Below, piece by piece: positions 45,047 through 55,632 of a stretch of 64,000 bases of DNA. Position 1 is the first letter of the stretch. Every line of letters starts with the position of its first letter. Source of the stretch: Clostridia bacterium. GTDB taxonomy: Bacteria; Bacillota; Clostridia; RUG12999. The notes under the pieces are model-generated. The model searched no databases and was not told the DNA's origin. It saw nothing but the letters and a program-made list of their open reading frames with translations. The stretch covers positions 139,940-203,939 of the forward strand of contig JAFQMF010000015.1 of the NCBI GenBank assembly GCA_017396395.1, read 5' to 3'. The translations under genes and the position numbers were made by a program.

Positions 45047-46816
45047 ATGATAATCAGAAGAAATTCAAAGAAAAAATTCATAGTGATATTTACTGTAATT
45101 CTTGTTCTTTCTGTGATTACAGTTATGTCAGCAAGTGCCAATAAAATTACTGTGGAGGGCGGCAGTACAATCTGCAAAGTAGGCAAAACCCAGGTAAGTA
45201 TTCCTACAGAGCCTTTTACCTTTAAAGGACAGGTGTATCTTCCTATAGATAATATCCTTCCGCCTTGTGGGATTGATATGGGGTGGGATAATGACACGTC
45301 ATCTATAATATGCAAAAATAAAAATAAGGATGTATTTCTTATTTCTACAATCGACGGCTCAGTTACCCTTAATGGTGAAAAGAAGGAGTATTTAAAACCG
45401 GTTACCAGAGAGGGGATTATATGCATCGGCGAAAAACTTATTGATGCTATTTCTGGATACAGTGTTGAAGTTGATAAGAAAATTACTGACGAATATAAGG
45501 AGTTTACATTTGTCGGAAAGAGTTTAGAATGGGATAACAACGGAAAAAAATGCGAAATGAAAACTCCTTGTTATCTTTATGGAGGAAATATTTATTTTTC
45601 TGTTGATGATGTGCTTCCTAAAATTGGATATACTCTTGGTTGGCAGGATGATATAAAAGCAGTTGTGTGCGTGAAAAATGAGGATATTATTTACATAATA
45701 AGTCAAAAATACAATGTATGGGTGAATGAAAAACAGTATATTTTTGAGACCCCCTCTTTAATTCGTGATGACAGACTATATATAAGTGGAGATATGTTGG
45801 AAAAAATCACAGGAGGAAAGGTATATAAAACAGGAGAGTTTGAAATCTATTATATGCGTGACCTTCTTGAAAACACCACTATTGATAATAAATACCGCCT
45901 GGCAGGAAAAAGTGTTGCCTCAGGTGGAGGAGTAACGGCTGTTGACGGATTTGGTATGGAATTTATCGGAATTTCGGATACAAATGCCCAAAACTATGCA
46001 GGAGTAATAAATGCTATAGCAAAAGCAGTTCCTGATGTACAGGTATTTAATATCGCAGTACCCACAGCATCGGAATTTTATGCACCTTTATCAATGAAAT
46101 CAAATCAGCTTAATGGTATCCGTACAATATACAAAAATCTTGATAAAAACATAGTACCTATAAATGCAGTTAAACCGTTATATGAGCATGCAGGGGAAAA
46201 GATTTATTTTGCTACTGACCATCACTGGACACAAAGAGGAGCATATTATGTATATGCTGAGTTCTTAAAAGTTAAAGGTCTTACAATGGATCCTCTTTCC
46301 TCTTTTGAAAACAAAGCGGGAAGCGGATTTGTAGGTTCTCTTGCAGGTTTTTCAAAGGGAAGTGCAGCTGAAACAATACTTCGCAGCAGACCTGAAATTG
46401 TGGAAAGATTTATTCCTAAATATGCTACTGTAGGTACTGTATATGAAGATATGAATATGACAAAAACCTTAAGAATTGTAAATGCAGTAAATACTAATAC
46501 TGCATCCTATATGGCGTTTATCGGCGGGGACGGTCCTGTTACTGCATTTTATACAGATGCACCTTCAAATGAGGTGGCAGTTATTGTAAAAGAGTCTTTC
46601 GGAAATGCCTTTGCTACATGGGCACTTAATAACTATAAAAGAGTATATGTTATTGACCCCAGAAAATTCAATGGTTTTGGAAACGTGTATTACAATAAAT
46701 TTAACATCGCAACCTTCTGTAAAAATGTGGGATGTAATGACCTTATTATGATTAACTATCCTGGTGCAATATCATCAGGCGGCATCAGACAGGCAATACT
46801 TGATATGACAAAATAG
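45047..46816 (+). CDS. DHHW-family (AlgJ/AlgX/DltD-like SGNH) protein with two N-terminal copper-amine-oxidase N-terminal-like domains
   Basis: GAAGGGAG RBS before the ATG at 45047. TM anchor, two CuAO-N-like repeats, and a C-terminal domain with the FATDHHWTQRGAYY motif. Confidence 0.75.
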   Translation: MIIRRNSKKKFIVIFTVILVLSVITVMSASANKITVEGGSTICKVGKTQVSIPTEPFTFKGQVYLPIDNILPPCGIDMGWDNDTSSIICKNKNKDVFLISTIDGSVTLNGEKKEYLKPVTREGIICIGEKLIDAISGYSVEVDKKITDEYKEFTFVGKSLEWDNNGKKCEMKTPCYLYGGNIYFSVDDVLPKIGYTLGWQDDIKAVVCVKNEDIIYIISQKYNVWVNEKQYIFETPSLIRDDRLYISGDMLEKITGGKVYKTGEFEIYYMRDLLENTTIDNKYRLAGKSVASGGGVTAVDGFGMEFIGISDTNAQNYAGVINAIAKAVPDVQVFNIAVPTASEFYAPLSMKSNQLNGIRTIYKNLDKNIVPINAVKPLYEHAGEKIYFATDHHWTQRGAYYVYAEFLKVKGLTMDPLSSFENKAGSGFVGSLAGFSKGSAAETILRSRPEIVERFIPKYATVGTVYEDMNMTKTLRIVNAVNTNTASYMAFIGGDGPVTAFYTDAPSNEVAVIVKESFGNAFATWALNNYKRVYVIDPRKFNGFGNVYYNKFNIATFCKNVGCNDLIMINYPGAISSGGIRQAILDMTK

Positions 46817-46835
46817 CAAAAGGGAGTATTAATTT

Positions 46836-48227
46836 ATGGTTTTTTCAAGCTTGCTTTTTTTAGGAATATTTTTGCCCGCAACCTTAATACTGTATAATCT
46901 CAGCAAAAATATTACCTATAAAAATGTAATTTTAGTTTTATCTTCAGTTATATTCTATGCTTGGGGAGAGCCTAAGCTTGTTCTTCTCCTTGTGTTTACT
47001 GCCTTTATTGGATATTTAAGCGGACTTATAATTGATAAATATAATGGCAGACGTCAGGCAAAAATGGCACTTATTGGTGCTCTTGTAATTTGTCTTGGCT
47101 CACTTGGAATGTTTAAATACAGCGGATTTGTAGTGGAAAATTTCAACTTCCTTTTTGGAACGGACTTTTCTTTTGCAGGTTTTGCACTTCCTCTTGGAAT
47201 TTCATTTTATACATTTCAAATCTTATCTTATGTAATTGATATATACAGAGGAGATGTAGGTTTACAAAAGTCATTTCTTAAATTTATGACATATGTATCT
47301 ATGTTCCCTCAGCTTGTTGCAGGTCCTATTGTTCGGTATATAGACATTGAAAAACAAATAGAAAACAGAAAAGTTACCTTAGAAAAATTTGAAAGCGGAA
47401 CGCTCCGTTTTTGTCAGGGACTTTTAAAAAAAGTGGTGCTTGCAAACAGTGCAGGACAAATTGCGGACGCTCTATTAGGCGGAGATTTATTATCATGCTC
47501 GTCTGCAACTGCATGGCTTGGTATAATTTTCTATACCTTCCAGATTTATTTTGACTTTTCTGGATATTCTGACCTTGCAATAGGTATGGGAAGGTTTTTC
47601 GGTTTTGAATTTATGGAGAACTTTACCTATCCTTATATTTCAACCAGTATAACAGATTTCTGGAGAAGATGGCACATTTCTCTCAGTACTTTTTTCAGAG
47701 ATTATGTATATATACCTCTTGGCGGAAACAGAAAACATCAGATTTTCAATATAGCAGTTGTATGGATGCTCACAGGTCTTTGGCATGGTGCAAGCTGGAA
47801 TTTTATATTATGGGGTACATTTTACGGAATAGTCCTTATAATTGAGAAAAAAGCCTTTGGCGGTGCACTTTTAAAAATGCCCAGATGGCTTGGTCATATT
47901 TACAGTATGGTAATAGTTGTACTTGGATGGGCACTTTTCTATTTTACAGATTTTACAAAGCTGAAAAATTTCTTTGTATGTGCCTTTGGCGGTACAGGAA
48001 ACTTTTTGGATTATACTGCAAAAAGCACCTTTTTCTCAAATATATGGTTGCTTATTATTCTTGCGGTATCCTCCACACCACTGCTTAAAATACTCTTTAA
48101 AAAAGCAACTAAGATTAAGTATATAGGCAAATTTGTTCCTGCAATAGGCATTATTTTTGCAATGTCAATATGTTTTGCTCTTTTAGTAGGACAAACCTAT
48201 AATGCATTTTTATACTTCAGATTTTAG
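46836..48227 (+). CDS. MBOAT-family membrane O-acyltransferase (AlgI/DltB/PatA-like)
   Basis: 463 aa polytopic. Conserved MBOAT His in WRRWHISLSTFFRDYVYIPLGG. Confidence 0.85.
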   Translation: MVFSSLLFLGIFLPATLILYNLSKNITYKNVILVLSSVIFYAWGEPKLVLLLVFTAFIGYLSGLIIDKYNGRRQAKMALIGALVICLGSLGMFKYSGFVVENFNFLFGTDFSFAGFALPLGISFYTFQILSYVIDIYRGDVGLQKSFLKFMTYVSMFPQLVAGPIVRYIDIEKQIENRKVTLEKFESGTLRFCQGLLKKVVLANSAGQIADALLGGDLLSCSSATAWLGIIFYTFQIYFDFSGYSDLAIGMGRFFGFEFMENFTYPYISTSITDFWRRWHISLSTFFRDYVYIPLGGNRKHQIFNIAVVWMLTGLWHGASWNFILWGTFYGIVLIIEKKAFGGALLKMPRWLGHIYSMVIVVLGWALFYFTDFTKLKNFFVCAFGGTGNFLDYTAKSTFFSNIWLLIILAVSSTPLLKILFKKATKIKYIGKFVPAIGIIFAMSICFALLVGQTYNAFLYFRF

Positions 48228-48237
48228 GAGATAGGAT

Positions 48238-49428
48238 ATGAAAACAAAAATTACAGTTTCGGCATTTGTTATAATGCTTGCAATTTTTGCAGTGCTTACA
48301 CTTATGCCTGGAGATCCGGACAGTGTTATTGCGGAAAACAGAGAACCGGCACAGATGCCTGAGGTTTCACTTAACAATATATTTTTTGGAGATTTTTGTT
48401 CTGATTACGAAAGCTTTTTGTCAGATGACGTAGGCTTCAGGGGTAAGCTTATTTCGCTTTCGAATAAGATTAACTCTCTTAAGGGAATTAAAGGGTACGG
48501 ATATATTTCAAATGCAAATGCAGATCTTGGTTTAGGTGCTGGAGATACGAAAAAAGGGCTTTTAATTGCTGATGAAAAAATAATGGAAATATTTAAAGCT
48601 AATGCACAGCAGAGGGATAACTATGCAGATATGGTAAGTCATTACCGTAACAGTCTGCCTGATGACATATATGTTTATAGTATGATTATTCCTACTCAAA
48701 TTGAATTTGAGGGCGATGAATATAAAAGTCTTTCTGACAGCCAGAAGGAAACAATAGACTATATTTATAATAAGGTTGATAGCAGAGTAAAATGTGTAAA
48801 TGCTTATGATGCTTTAAAAAATCATAAAAATGAATATATATATTTCCGTACTGACCACCACTGGACAACACTTGGTGCATATTATGCCTATCGGGAATTT
48901 GCTCAAACCGCTAAAGTGAATATTGCAAATATTAAAGATTATGAAGAAAAGAAAGCGGAAGGCTTCCTTGGATATTTATATAATCAGGCACAGGCAACCG
49001 AGCTTAAGGAAAAGCCTGATACTATATACTATTATGAAAAAGAAGGTCAAAATCTTACCACCTACGCAACAGCTTGGGAAAATGGCGAGGTTATAAAATA
49101 TCAAGGAAAGATTTTCTCACCTGCACCTGCAGGCACAGAAACAAAATATTCCTTGTTTATGGGAGGAGACCATCCTCTTTTGTATATCCCCACAAATGTT
49201 GAAAATGGCAGACACCTTATGATTATAAAAGATTCATATGCAAATGCCTTTATTCCTTGGGTAATAAACAGCTTTGAAACAGTTGTAGTATGTGACCCAC
49301 GCTCCTTTGGAACAGACATAATGAGTGTAGCAGAGGAATATGGTATAACTGATGTACTTCTTATGAACTACACATTTACCACAACCTTCCCGGATATTAT
49401 ATCTTTAGAAAAAGGAATTATGCAGTAA
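48238..49428 (+). CDS. DHHW-family protein (membrane-anchored, AlgJ/PatB-like)
   Basis: N-terminal TM helix. The C-terminal domain carries YIYFRTDHHWTTLGAYYAY. Confidence 0.75.
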   Translation: MKTKITVSAFVIMLAIFAVLTLMPGDPDSVIAENREPAQMPEVSLNNIFFGDFCSDYESFLSDDVGFRGKLISLSNKINSLKGIKGYGYISNANADLGLGAGDTKKGLLIADEKIMEIFKANAQQRDNYADMVSHYRNSLPDDIYVYSMIIPTQIEFEGDEYKSLSDSQKETIDYIYNKVDSRVKCVNAYDALKNHKNEYIYFRTDHHWTTLGAYYAYREFAQTAKVNIANIKDYEEKKAEGFLGYLYNQAQATELKEKPDTIYYYEKEGQNLTTYATAWENGEVIKYQGKIFSPAPAGTETKYSLFMGGDHPLLYIPTNVENGRHLMIIKDSYANAFIPWVINSFETVVVCDPRSFGTDIMSVAEEYGITDVLLMNYTFTTTFPDIISLEKGIMQ

Positions 49429-49985
49429 TGAATTTATTGGATGTTGTATTTATCGGTCTTGGTCTTAGCATGGATGCTGCCGCAGTATCTATGACAAACT
49501 CAATGGTATATAAAAAATCCAGAAAAAGATTATGGCTTATGCCGTTGTTTTTTGGTGCTTTTCAGGCTTTTATGCCTCTTATAGGCTACTATGCAGGGGG
49601 GCTTTTTGCTGAATATATCCAGAAATATGCGGGAATTGTTGCTTTTATAATTCTCGGATTTATTGGAGTAAATATGGTAAGAGAAGCTGTAAAATGCAAG
49701 GACGGAGCTTGTGAAGTCGGGCAGATACTTACCATTAAATCTATTATAGCACAGGCAATTGCCACCAGTATTGATGCCTTTGCTGTAGGAGTAAGCTTCA
49801 GCATTGGTGGGCTTTCATTAAACATTTTACTTGCAGTAGGAATAATTGGTATAACTACAGCACTTTGCAGTATTTTAGCCATTATTCTTGGTAAAAAGTT
49901 TGGGGATACTTTAGAAGGCAAAGCAGAAATTTTTGGCGGTATAATACTTATATTAATCGGTATAAAATCATTACTTGGTATATAA
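49428..49985 (+). CDS. mntP: MntP-family (DUF204) manganese efflux-type membrane protein
   Basis: Two repeated 3-TM units with conserved Asp (GLSMDAAAVS, SIDAFAVG). Its start overlaps the upstream stop (TAATG). Confidence 0.75.
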   Translation: MNLLDVVFIGLGLSMDAAAVSMTNSMVYKKSRKRLWLMPLFFGAFQAFMPLIGYYAGGLFAEYIQKYAGIVAFIILGFIGVNMVREAVKCKDGACEVGQILTIKSIIAQAIATSIDAFAVGVSFSIGGLSLNILLAVGIIGITTALCSILAIILGKKFGDTLEGKAEIFGGIILILIGIKSLLGI

Positions 49986-50016
49986 AATACTAATCTTCTA
50001 GAAAGAGACGAAAAAA

Positions 50017-50859
50017 GTGTATAAAATAGTAAAAAAACAAATCTTAAATGAATATGTAACATTAATGGAAATAGACGCACCTTTTGTTGCTAAAAAAGCA
50101 AAGGCTGGACAGTTTATTATACTCAGGGTAGATGAAAATGGAGAGAGAATTCCTCTTACTATTGCAGATTATAACAGAGAAAAAGGTACTATTACTATAA
50201 TTTTTCAGATTGTAGGAGCTACCACAGCCAAGCTTAACGAAAAAAAAGAAGGTGAATATATCTGCGATTTTGCAGGTCCTCTTGGAACTCCTTCCGAAAC
50301 GGAAGGCTTTAAAAAAGTGGCAGTAATCGCCGGTGGAGTAGGCAGTGCAATAGCATATCCCACTGCGAAGCAGCTACATATGGATGGAGCAATAGTTCAC
50401 GCAGTAGCAGGCTTTAGAAACAAGAACTTAGTAATACTGGAAGAAGAATTCAAATCTTGCTGTGATAAGTTTATTGTTATGACAGATGACGGCTCATACG
50501 GGGAAAAGGGCCTTGTTACAGATGCACTTAAAAAGCTTATTGAAAGCGGAGAAAAGTATGACAGAGTAATTGCAATCGGTCCTCTTGTTATGATGAAATT
50601 TGTTTGTAAGCTTACAAAAGAGTATGACATTAAAACTATAGTAAGTATGAATCCTGTTATGATTGATGGTACGGGAATGTGCGGAGGATGCAGACTTACT
50701 GTTGGAGGTAAAACAAAATTTGCCTGTGTTGACGGCCCTGATTTTGACGGACATCAGGTAGATTTTGATGAAGCTATTGCAAGAAGCGGAATATATAAGG
50801 ACTTTGAAAGACAATCCCATGAGCATATATGTAATTTGCTAAAGGAGCAGAAGAACTAA
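50017..50859 (+). CDS. nfnA: NfnA-like subunit (ferredoxin-NADP+ reductase / 'sulfide dehydrogenase' small subunit)
   Basis: 280 aa. FAD/NAD-binding fold plus a C-terminal 2Fe-2S cysteine cluster (CGGC...C). Paired with a GltD-like partner. Confidence 0.75.
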   Translation: MYKIVKKQILNEYVTLMEIDAPFVAKKAKAGQFIILRVDENGERIPLTIADYNREKGTITIIFQIVGATTAKLNEKKEGEYICDFAGPLGTPSETEGFKKVAVIAGGVGSAIAYPTAKQLHMDGAIVHAVAGFRNKNLVILEEEFKSCCDKFIVMTDDGSYGEKGLVTDALKKLIESGEKYDRVIAIGPLVMMKFVCKLTKEYDIKTIVSMNPVMIDGTGMCGGCRLTVGGKTKFACVDGPDFDGHQVDFDEAIARSGIYKDFERQSHEHICNLLKEQKN

Positions 50860-52250
50860 TGGCAAACTTAAGTCTTAAAAAAAATGAAATGCCTGTACAA
50901 AAGGCAGATGTGAGAAATAAAAACTTTAATGAGGTAGCACTTGGTTATACTGAGGAGCAGGCTGTTGCAGAGGCAGAAAGATGCCTTTCCTGTAAAAATA
51001 AGCCTTGTATCACAGGGTGCCCTGTGGCTATTAACATACCGGCTTTTATTGAAAAAGTAAGAGAAAGAAATTTTGAAGGTGCTTATGAAATCCTTATAAA
51101 ATCAAGTTCTCTGCCTGCAGTTTGCGGAAGAGTATGTCCTCAGGAAAATCAATGTGAAGCTAAATGTGTAAGAGGAATTAAAGGGGAGCCGGTAGCTATT
51201 GGCAGGCTTGAACGTTTTGTTGCAGATTATCATATGGCACATTCAAAAAATCAGCCCGAAAAATCCAAAAGCAACGGACACAAGGTTGCTGTAATTGGCT
51301 CAGGTCCGTCAGGACTTACTTGTGCAGGTGAGCTTGCAAAAATGGGGTATGATGTGACAATTTTTGAAGCACTTCATCTTGCAGGGGGTGTTCTGGTATA
51401 TGGAATACCTGAGTTCAGACTTCCTAAGGAAATTGTAAGAAAAGAAATTGAAAATTTAAAAAGTCTTGGTGTAAATGTACTTACCAATATGGTAATAGGC
51501 AAGGTTTTATCTATAGATGAGCTTTTAAATGAGGAAGGCTTTGATGCAGTTTACATAGGCACAGGTGCAGGACTTCCAAGATTTATGGAAATTCCAGGCG
51601 AAAACTTAAACGGAGTTTACTCTGCAAATGAATTTTTAACCAGAACAAATCTTATGAAGGCATACATTGAAAATAGCGATACTCCTATCAAGAAGTCTAA
51701 AAATGTTGCTGTAGTAGGAGGCGGAAACGTTGCTATGGACGCTGCCAGATGTGCAAAAAGACTGGGAGCAGAAAATGTATATATAATATACAGACGTTCT
51801 CTTGAGGAAATGCCTGCACGAAAAGAAGAGGTAGAGCACGCAGGGGAGGAAGGAATTATTTTTAAAATACTTACTAACCCTACAGAAATTTTAAATGACG
51901 GAACAGGTTTTGTTGGCGGAATAAAATGTACCGAAATGGAGCTTGGAGAGCCTGATATATCAGGAAGAAGACGCCCTATTGAAAAGAAAAATTCAGAGTT
52001 TACATTAGAGGTTGATTGTGTGATTATGTCTATCGGAACATCTCCGAACCCTCTTATCCGTAACACTACAAAGGGTCTTGATACAAATGAAAAAGGTTGT
52101 ATAATAACCTCTGACCGCAGAGGAATTACCAGCCGTGAGGGTGTATTTGCAGGGGGAGATGCTGTAACAGGTGCGGCAACAGTTATTCTTGCTATGGGAG
52201 CAGGGAAGGACGCAGCGCTTGCCATTGACGATTATATAAAAAACAAGTGA
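50859..52250 (+). CDS. nfnB: NfnB-like subunit (GltD-family NADPH-dependent oxidoreductase with two 4Fe-4S clusters)
   Basis: 463 aa. N-terminal Cys clusters and a GSGPSG FAD/NADPH dinucleotide fold. Its start overlaps the nfnA stop. Confidence 0.78.
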   Translation: MANLSLKKNEMPVQKADVRNKNFNEVALGYTEEQAVAEAERCLSCKNKPCITGCPVAINIPAFIEKVRERNFEGAYEILIKSSSLPAVCGRVCPQENQCEAKCVRGIKGEPVAIGRLERFVADYHMAHSKNQPEKSKSNGHKVAVIGSGPSGLTCAGELAKMGYDVTIFEALHLAGGVLVYGIPEFRLPKEIVRKEIENLKSLGVNVLTNMVIGKVLSIDELLNEEGFDAVYIGTGAGLPRFMEIPGENLNGVYSANEFLTRTNLMKAYIENSDTPIKKSKNVAVVGGGNVAMDAARCAKRLGAENVYIIYRRSLEEMPARKEEVEHAGEEGIIFKILTNPTEILNDGTGFVGGIKCTEMELGEPDISGRRRPIEKKNSEFTLEVDCVIMSIGTSPNPLIRNTTKGLDTNEKGCIITSDRRGITSREGVFAGGDAVTGAATVILAMGAGKDAALAIDDYIKNK

Positions 52251-52280
52251 TTTTCGCCTTGCAAAGAAAGGAGAAAAGGT

Positions 52281-52916
52281 ATGATAACAGGAATAATTTT
52301 TACATTAATCGCATATTTACTGGGGAGTATTAACTCTTCTATTTTAATAGGACATCTTTTTGGGGTAGAGGATATAAGAAAGCACGGTAGCGGTAATGCA
52401 GGCTCAACTAATGTTCTTAGAACAATTGGTATAAAAGCGGCAGCGCTTACATTTTTGTTCGATGTGCTAAAGGGAGTAATCCCCGTAGTACTCGCACATT
52501 TCATTTGTATGCAGAACGGCTTTTTGTTTATGCTTACATCTGCTTTTGCAGTAGTTATAGGTCATATTTTCCCTGTATTTTTTGGTTTTAAAGGGGGAAA
52601 AGGAGTTGCAACCTCACTTGGTGCAATTACAATGGTCAGTATATATTCAGGCGTATGGTGGATAACTCCGGTACTTCTTTTAATATGGATTGGTATAGTT
52701 TTGTTTACAAGATATGTTTCACTTGGGTCTGTACTTGTTTTTGGATTATACCCTTTGATTGTGGCAACTACTTTTATAAATGATATGGATATTAATTATA
52801 TTTTTTATACAGTATTTGCATTTTTATTAGGTGGTATGGGAATATTTATGCATAGAAAAAATATTGAAAGACTGATTGCAGGCACAGAATCAAAAATAGG
52901 TCAGAAAGCAAAATAG
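52281..52916 (+). CDS. plsY: Glycerol-3-phosphate acyltransferase PlsY
   Basis: 211 aa. GSGNAGSTN motif and 5 TM helices. Confidence 0.9.
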   Translation: MITGIIFTLIAYLLGSINSSILIGHLFGVEDIRKHGSGNAGSTNVLRTIGIKAAALTFLFDVLKGVIPVVLAHFICMQNGFLFMLTSAFAVVIGHIFPVFFGFKGGKGVATSLGAITMVSIYSGVWWITPVLLLIWIGIVLFTRYVSLGSVLVFGLYPLIVATTFINDMDINYIFYTVFAFLLGGMGIFMHRKNIERLIAGTESKIGQKAK

Positions 52917-52928
52917 TATTATATGAAC

Positions 52929-52964
52929 AAAAAAACACCGTTTTTTTAAAACGGTGTTTTTTGT
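52929..52964. terminator. Bidirectional terminator (plsY / argH)
   Basis: aaaacaccgtttt-tttaa-aacggtgtttt hairpin. Confidence 0.65.
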
Positions 52965-54341
52965 TTATATCTTCTTAAGTTCCTTTTTGAAACTTTCAAT
53001 TGTCTTTTCCATAGCCGATTTTGCAGGGCCTCCGATAATATCTCTGCAGGAAACGCAGGTTTCCACGCTTATTGCTTCATATACATCATTATCAAAAACG
53101 TCAGAGAACTGCTTAAATTCCTCTAAGGAAAGCTCCTCTAAGGATTTATCCTGACTTATTGCGTAAAATACAAGCTTGCCGATTACAGCGTGAGCATCAC
53201 GGAAGGGCATACCTTTTTTTACAAGATAATCTGCACCGTCAGTTGCGTTGGTAAAACCACCGCTTGCCCCTTTACGCATATTTTCACTGTTTATTTTCAT
53301 ACTGCTTACCATACCTTCAAACACGGGAATACAAAGCTTTACAGTATCAACAGCATCAAATATAGCCTCTTTATCCTCCTGCATATCCTTGTTGTATGCA
53401 AGGGGAAGACCTTTCATTACAGTTAAAAGACCAATTAAATTTCCGTACACTCTGCCTGTTTTACCTCGAATTAATTCTGCCACATCAGGATTTTTTTTCT
53501 GAGGCATTATAGAGCTACCTGTAGAGTAGCTGTCATCCATTTCCACAAATGAAAATTCGTTTGTACTCCATATAATAAGCTCTTCGGAAAAACGGCTTAA
53601 ATGCATCATAATAATTGAAAGTGCACTTGCCAGCTCAATAGCAAAGTCCCTGTCCGAAACGCCGTCAAGGCTGTTTCTTGTAACTTCTGAGAAACCCAGC
53701 TCTTTTGCAACAAATTCCCTGTCTATAGGGTAGGTGGTAGTTGCAAGAGCACCAGAGCCAAGAGGCATTTTGTCCATTCGTTTATATGCATCGTTTAGTC
53801 TGCCTAAATCCCGCAAAAACATTTCAGCATAAGCCATTATATGATGTGCAAAGGTAATAGGCTGAGCTTTTTGCATATGAGTATAACCTGGCATTACAGT
53901 TTCAAGGTTATTTTGAGCTAAACTAACCAATGCATTTTCAAGAGAAATAAGCATTTGTTTTATTTCAAGAGTCTGCTCCTTTAAATACATTCTTATATCA
54001 AGTGCAACCTGGTCATTACGGCTTCTTGCAGTATGTAAGCGTTTTCCTGCATCCCCAATTTTATCAGTAAGAAGCTTTTCAATATTCATATGAATATCTT
54101 CCGCATCTATCATAAATTCAACCTTGCCATCCTCAATTTCCTGTAGGATTTCCATTAAGGTTTCTGCGATAAGAGTGCTGTCCTCTTTGGGTATAATGCC
54201 CTGTTTTCCTAACATTTTACTGTGGGCAATACTACCTAAAATATCCTGCTTATACATTTTATAGTCAAAACGAACTGAGGAATTAAAATCATCTACTTTT
54301 GCATCAGTAGATTTTTGAAATCTTCCGCCCCAAAGCTTCAT
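52965..54341 (-). CDS. argH: Argininosuccinate lyase
   Basis: MKLWGGRF..., a fumarase/lyase signature region, and full length of about 458 aa. Confidence 0.9.
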   Translation of the reverse strand: MKLWGGRFQKSTDAKVDDFNSSVRFDYKMYKQDILGSIAHSKMLGKQGIIPKEDSTLIAETLMEILQEIEDGKVEFMIDAEDIHMNIEKLLTDKIGDAGKRLHTARSRNDQVALDIRMYLKEQTLEIKQMLISLENALVSLAQNNLETVMPGYTHMQKAQPITFAHHIMAYAEMFLRDLGRLNDAYKRMDKMPLGSGALATTTYPIDREFVAKELGFSEVTRNSLDGVSDRDFAIELASALSIIMMHLSRFSEELIIWSTNEFSFVEMDDSYSTGSSIMPQKKNPDVAELIRGKTGRVYGNLIGLLTVMKGLPLAYNKDMQEDKEAIFDAVDTVKLCIPVFEGMVSSMKINSENMRKGASGGFTNATDGADYLVKKGMPFRDAHAVIGKLVFYAISQDKSLEELSLEEFKQFSDVFDNDVYEAISVETCVSCRDIIGGPAKSAMEKTIESFKKELKKI

Positions 54342-54454
54342 TTGTATCACTATCCTTTCATAACATACATTATACTACATAATTATTCATAAATCAAGTG
54401 TAATACCCTTAAAAATAAAAAATACAAAATTGGTGTTTTTTAAAATTTATACAT

Positions 54455-54482
54455 TGAAAAATATGTTATTTTATGATACAAT
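54455..54482 (+). promoter_or_regulatory. Sigma-A-type promoter of ruvC
   Basis: TTGAAA, 16-nt spacer, TGaTACAAT. Confidence 0.4.
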
Positions 54483-54515
54483 ATAAAGTAAGTGCTGTAA
54501 AAAGGGTGAAATAAA

Positions 54516-55022
54516 ATGATTATTCTTGGAATAGACCCGGGTATTGCTATTATGGGGTACGGAGTTATTGAATATATAGGTAACCGATACAGGACAATTA
54601 CCTATAATTCTATTCTCACTCCTGCACATACTCCTGATGCAGAAAGATTAAAAAGTATATACAGTCAGCTTAGAAATATTATATATGAGTATAAGCCTGA
54701 TGTTTGTGCCATAGAAAAGCTGTATTACAACAATAATGCAAAAACAGTTATATCTGTAGCACAAGGACGTGGTGTTGCAATGCTGGCAGCGGCAAATGAA
54801 GGCTTAAAGGTATATGAATATACACCCCTTCAAATAAAGCAGGCTTTAACCGGATACGGCAGAGCTGATAAAAAGCAAATGCAGCAAATGACTAAAATGA
54901 TTTTAGGACTTGATAAAGTACCAAAGCCTGATGATACAGCAGATGCTCTGGCAGTAGCTATATGCCATAGCCATTATGCAAACTACAATTTACTTAATGA
55001 GAAATTGGAGGAATATAAATGA
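54516..55022 (+). CDS. ruvC: Holliday-junction resolvase RuvC
   Basis: ILGIDPG catalytic Asp, RNase H-like fold, 168 aa. Confidence 0.9.
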   Translation: MIILGIDPGIAIMGYGVIEYIGNRYRTITYNSILTPAHTPDAERLKSIYSQLRNIIYEYKPDVCAIEKLYYNNNAKTVISVAQGRGVAMLAAANEGLKVYEYTPLQIKQALTGYGRADKKQMQQMTKMILGLDKVPKPDDTADALAVAICHSHYANYNLLNEKLEEYK

Positions 55023-55603
55023 TAGCATATATAAAGGGAAGTGTGGAATTTAAAGGAGCAGATAAAGCTATAGTAGAATGTGGCGGAATCGGCTACAGTT
55101 TAAATATGCCTCTTTCTCAGATAAATGAACTTCCCCAAATAGGCACAAATGTAAAGGTATATACCTATATGCACGTAAGAGAGGATATTCTTGATTTGTA
55201 CGGCTTTACAAGTGAAGATGCCCTTTCTCTTTTTCAGATGCTTATAACTGTCAGCGGTGTTGGACCTAAAGCGGCAATGTCTATTTTGTCTGCACACCAG
55301 CCTGCTACCATAAAAAGTGCAATAGCAGGGGGGGACCACAAACTTCTTTCTCAGGCTCAGGGCATCGGTGCTAAAACTGCCCAGAGAATTGTACTTGAAT
55401 TAAAGGATAAAATTGATAAAGCTTCAGTGGGTATAGATGATATGCCTTCTGTTGCAACAGAATCAAATGCAGTAAACGAAGCAATAAGTGCACTGGTTTC
55501 TCTTGGCTATACATATAACGAAAGTAAAAATGCTCTTAGAGGAGCAAGTGCAAATACCACAGAGGAACTTTTAAAATACGGTCTTAAACAGCTTATGAAA
55601 TAA
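55019..55603 (+). CDS. ruvA: Holliday-junction branch-migration protein RuvA
   Basis: OB domain, two HhH motifs (GVGPKAA, GIGAKTAQRI) and C-terminal domain III. Overlaps the ruvC stop. Confidence 0.9.
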   Translation: MIAYIKGSVEFKGADKAIVECGGIGYSLNMPLSQINELPQIGTNVKVYTYMHVREDILDLYGFTSEDALSLFQMLITVSGVGPKAAMSILSAHQPATIKSAIAGGDHKLLSQAQGIGAKTAQRIVLELKDKIDKASVGIDDMPSVATESNAVNEAISALVSLGYTYNESKNALRGASANTTEELLKYGLKQLMK

Positions 55604-55632
55604 AAATAAAGACGGAAAGCTGAGGGAAGAAT

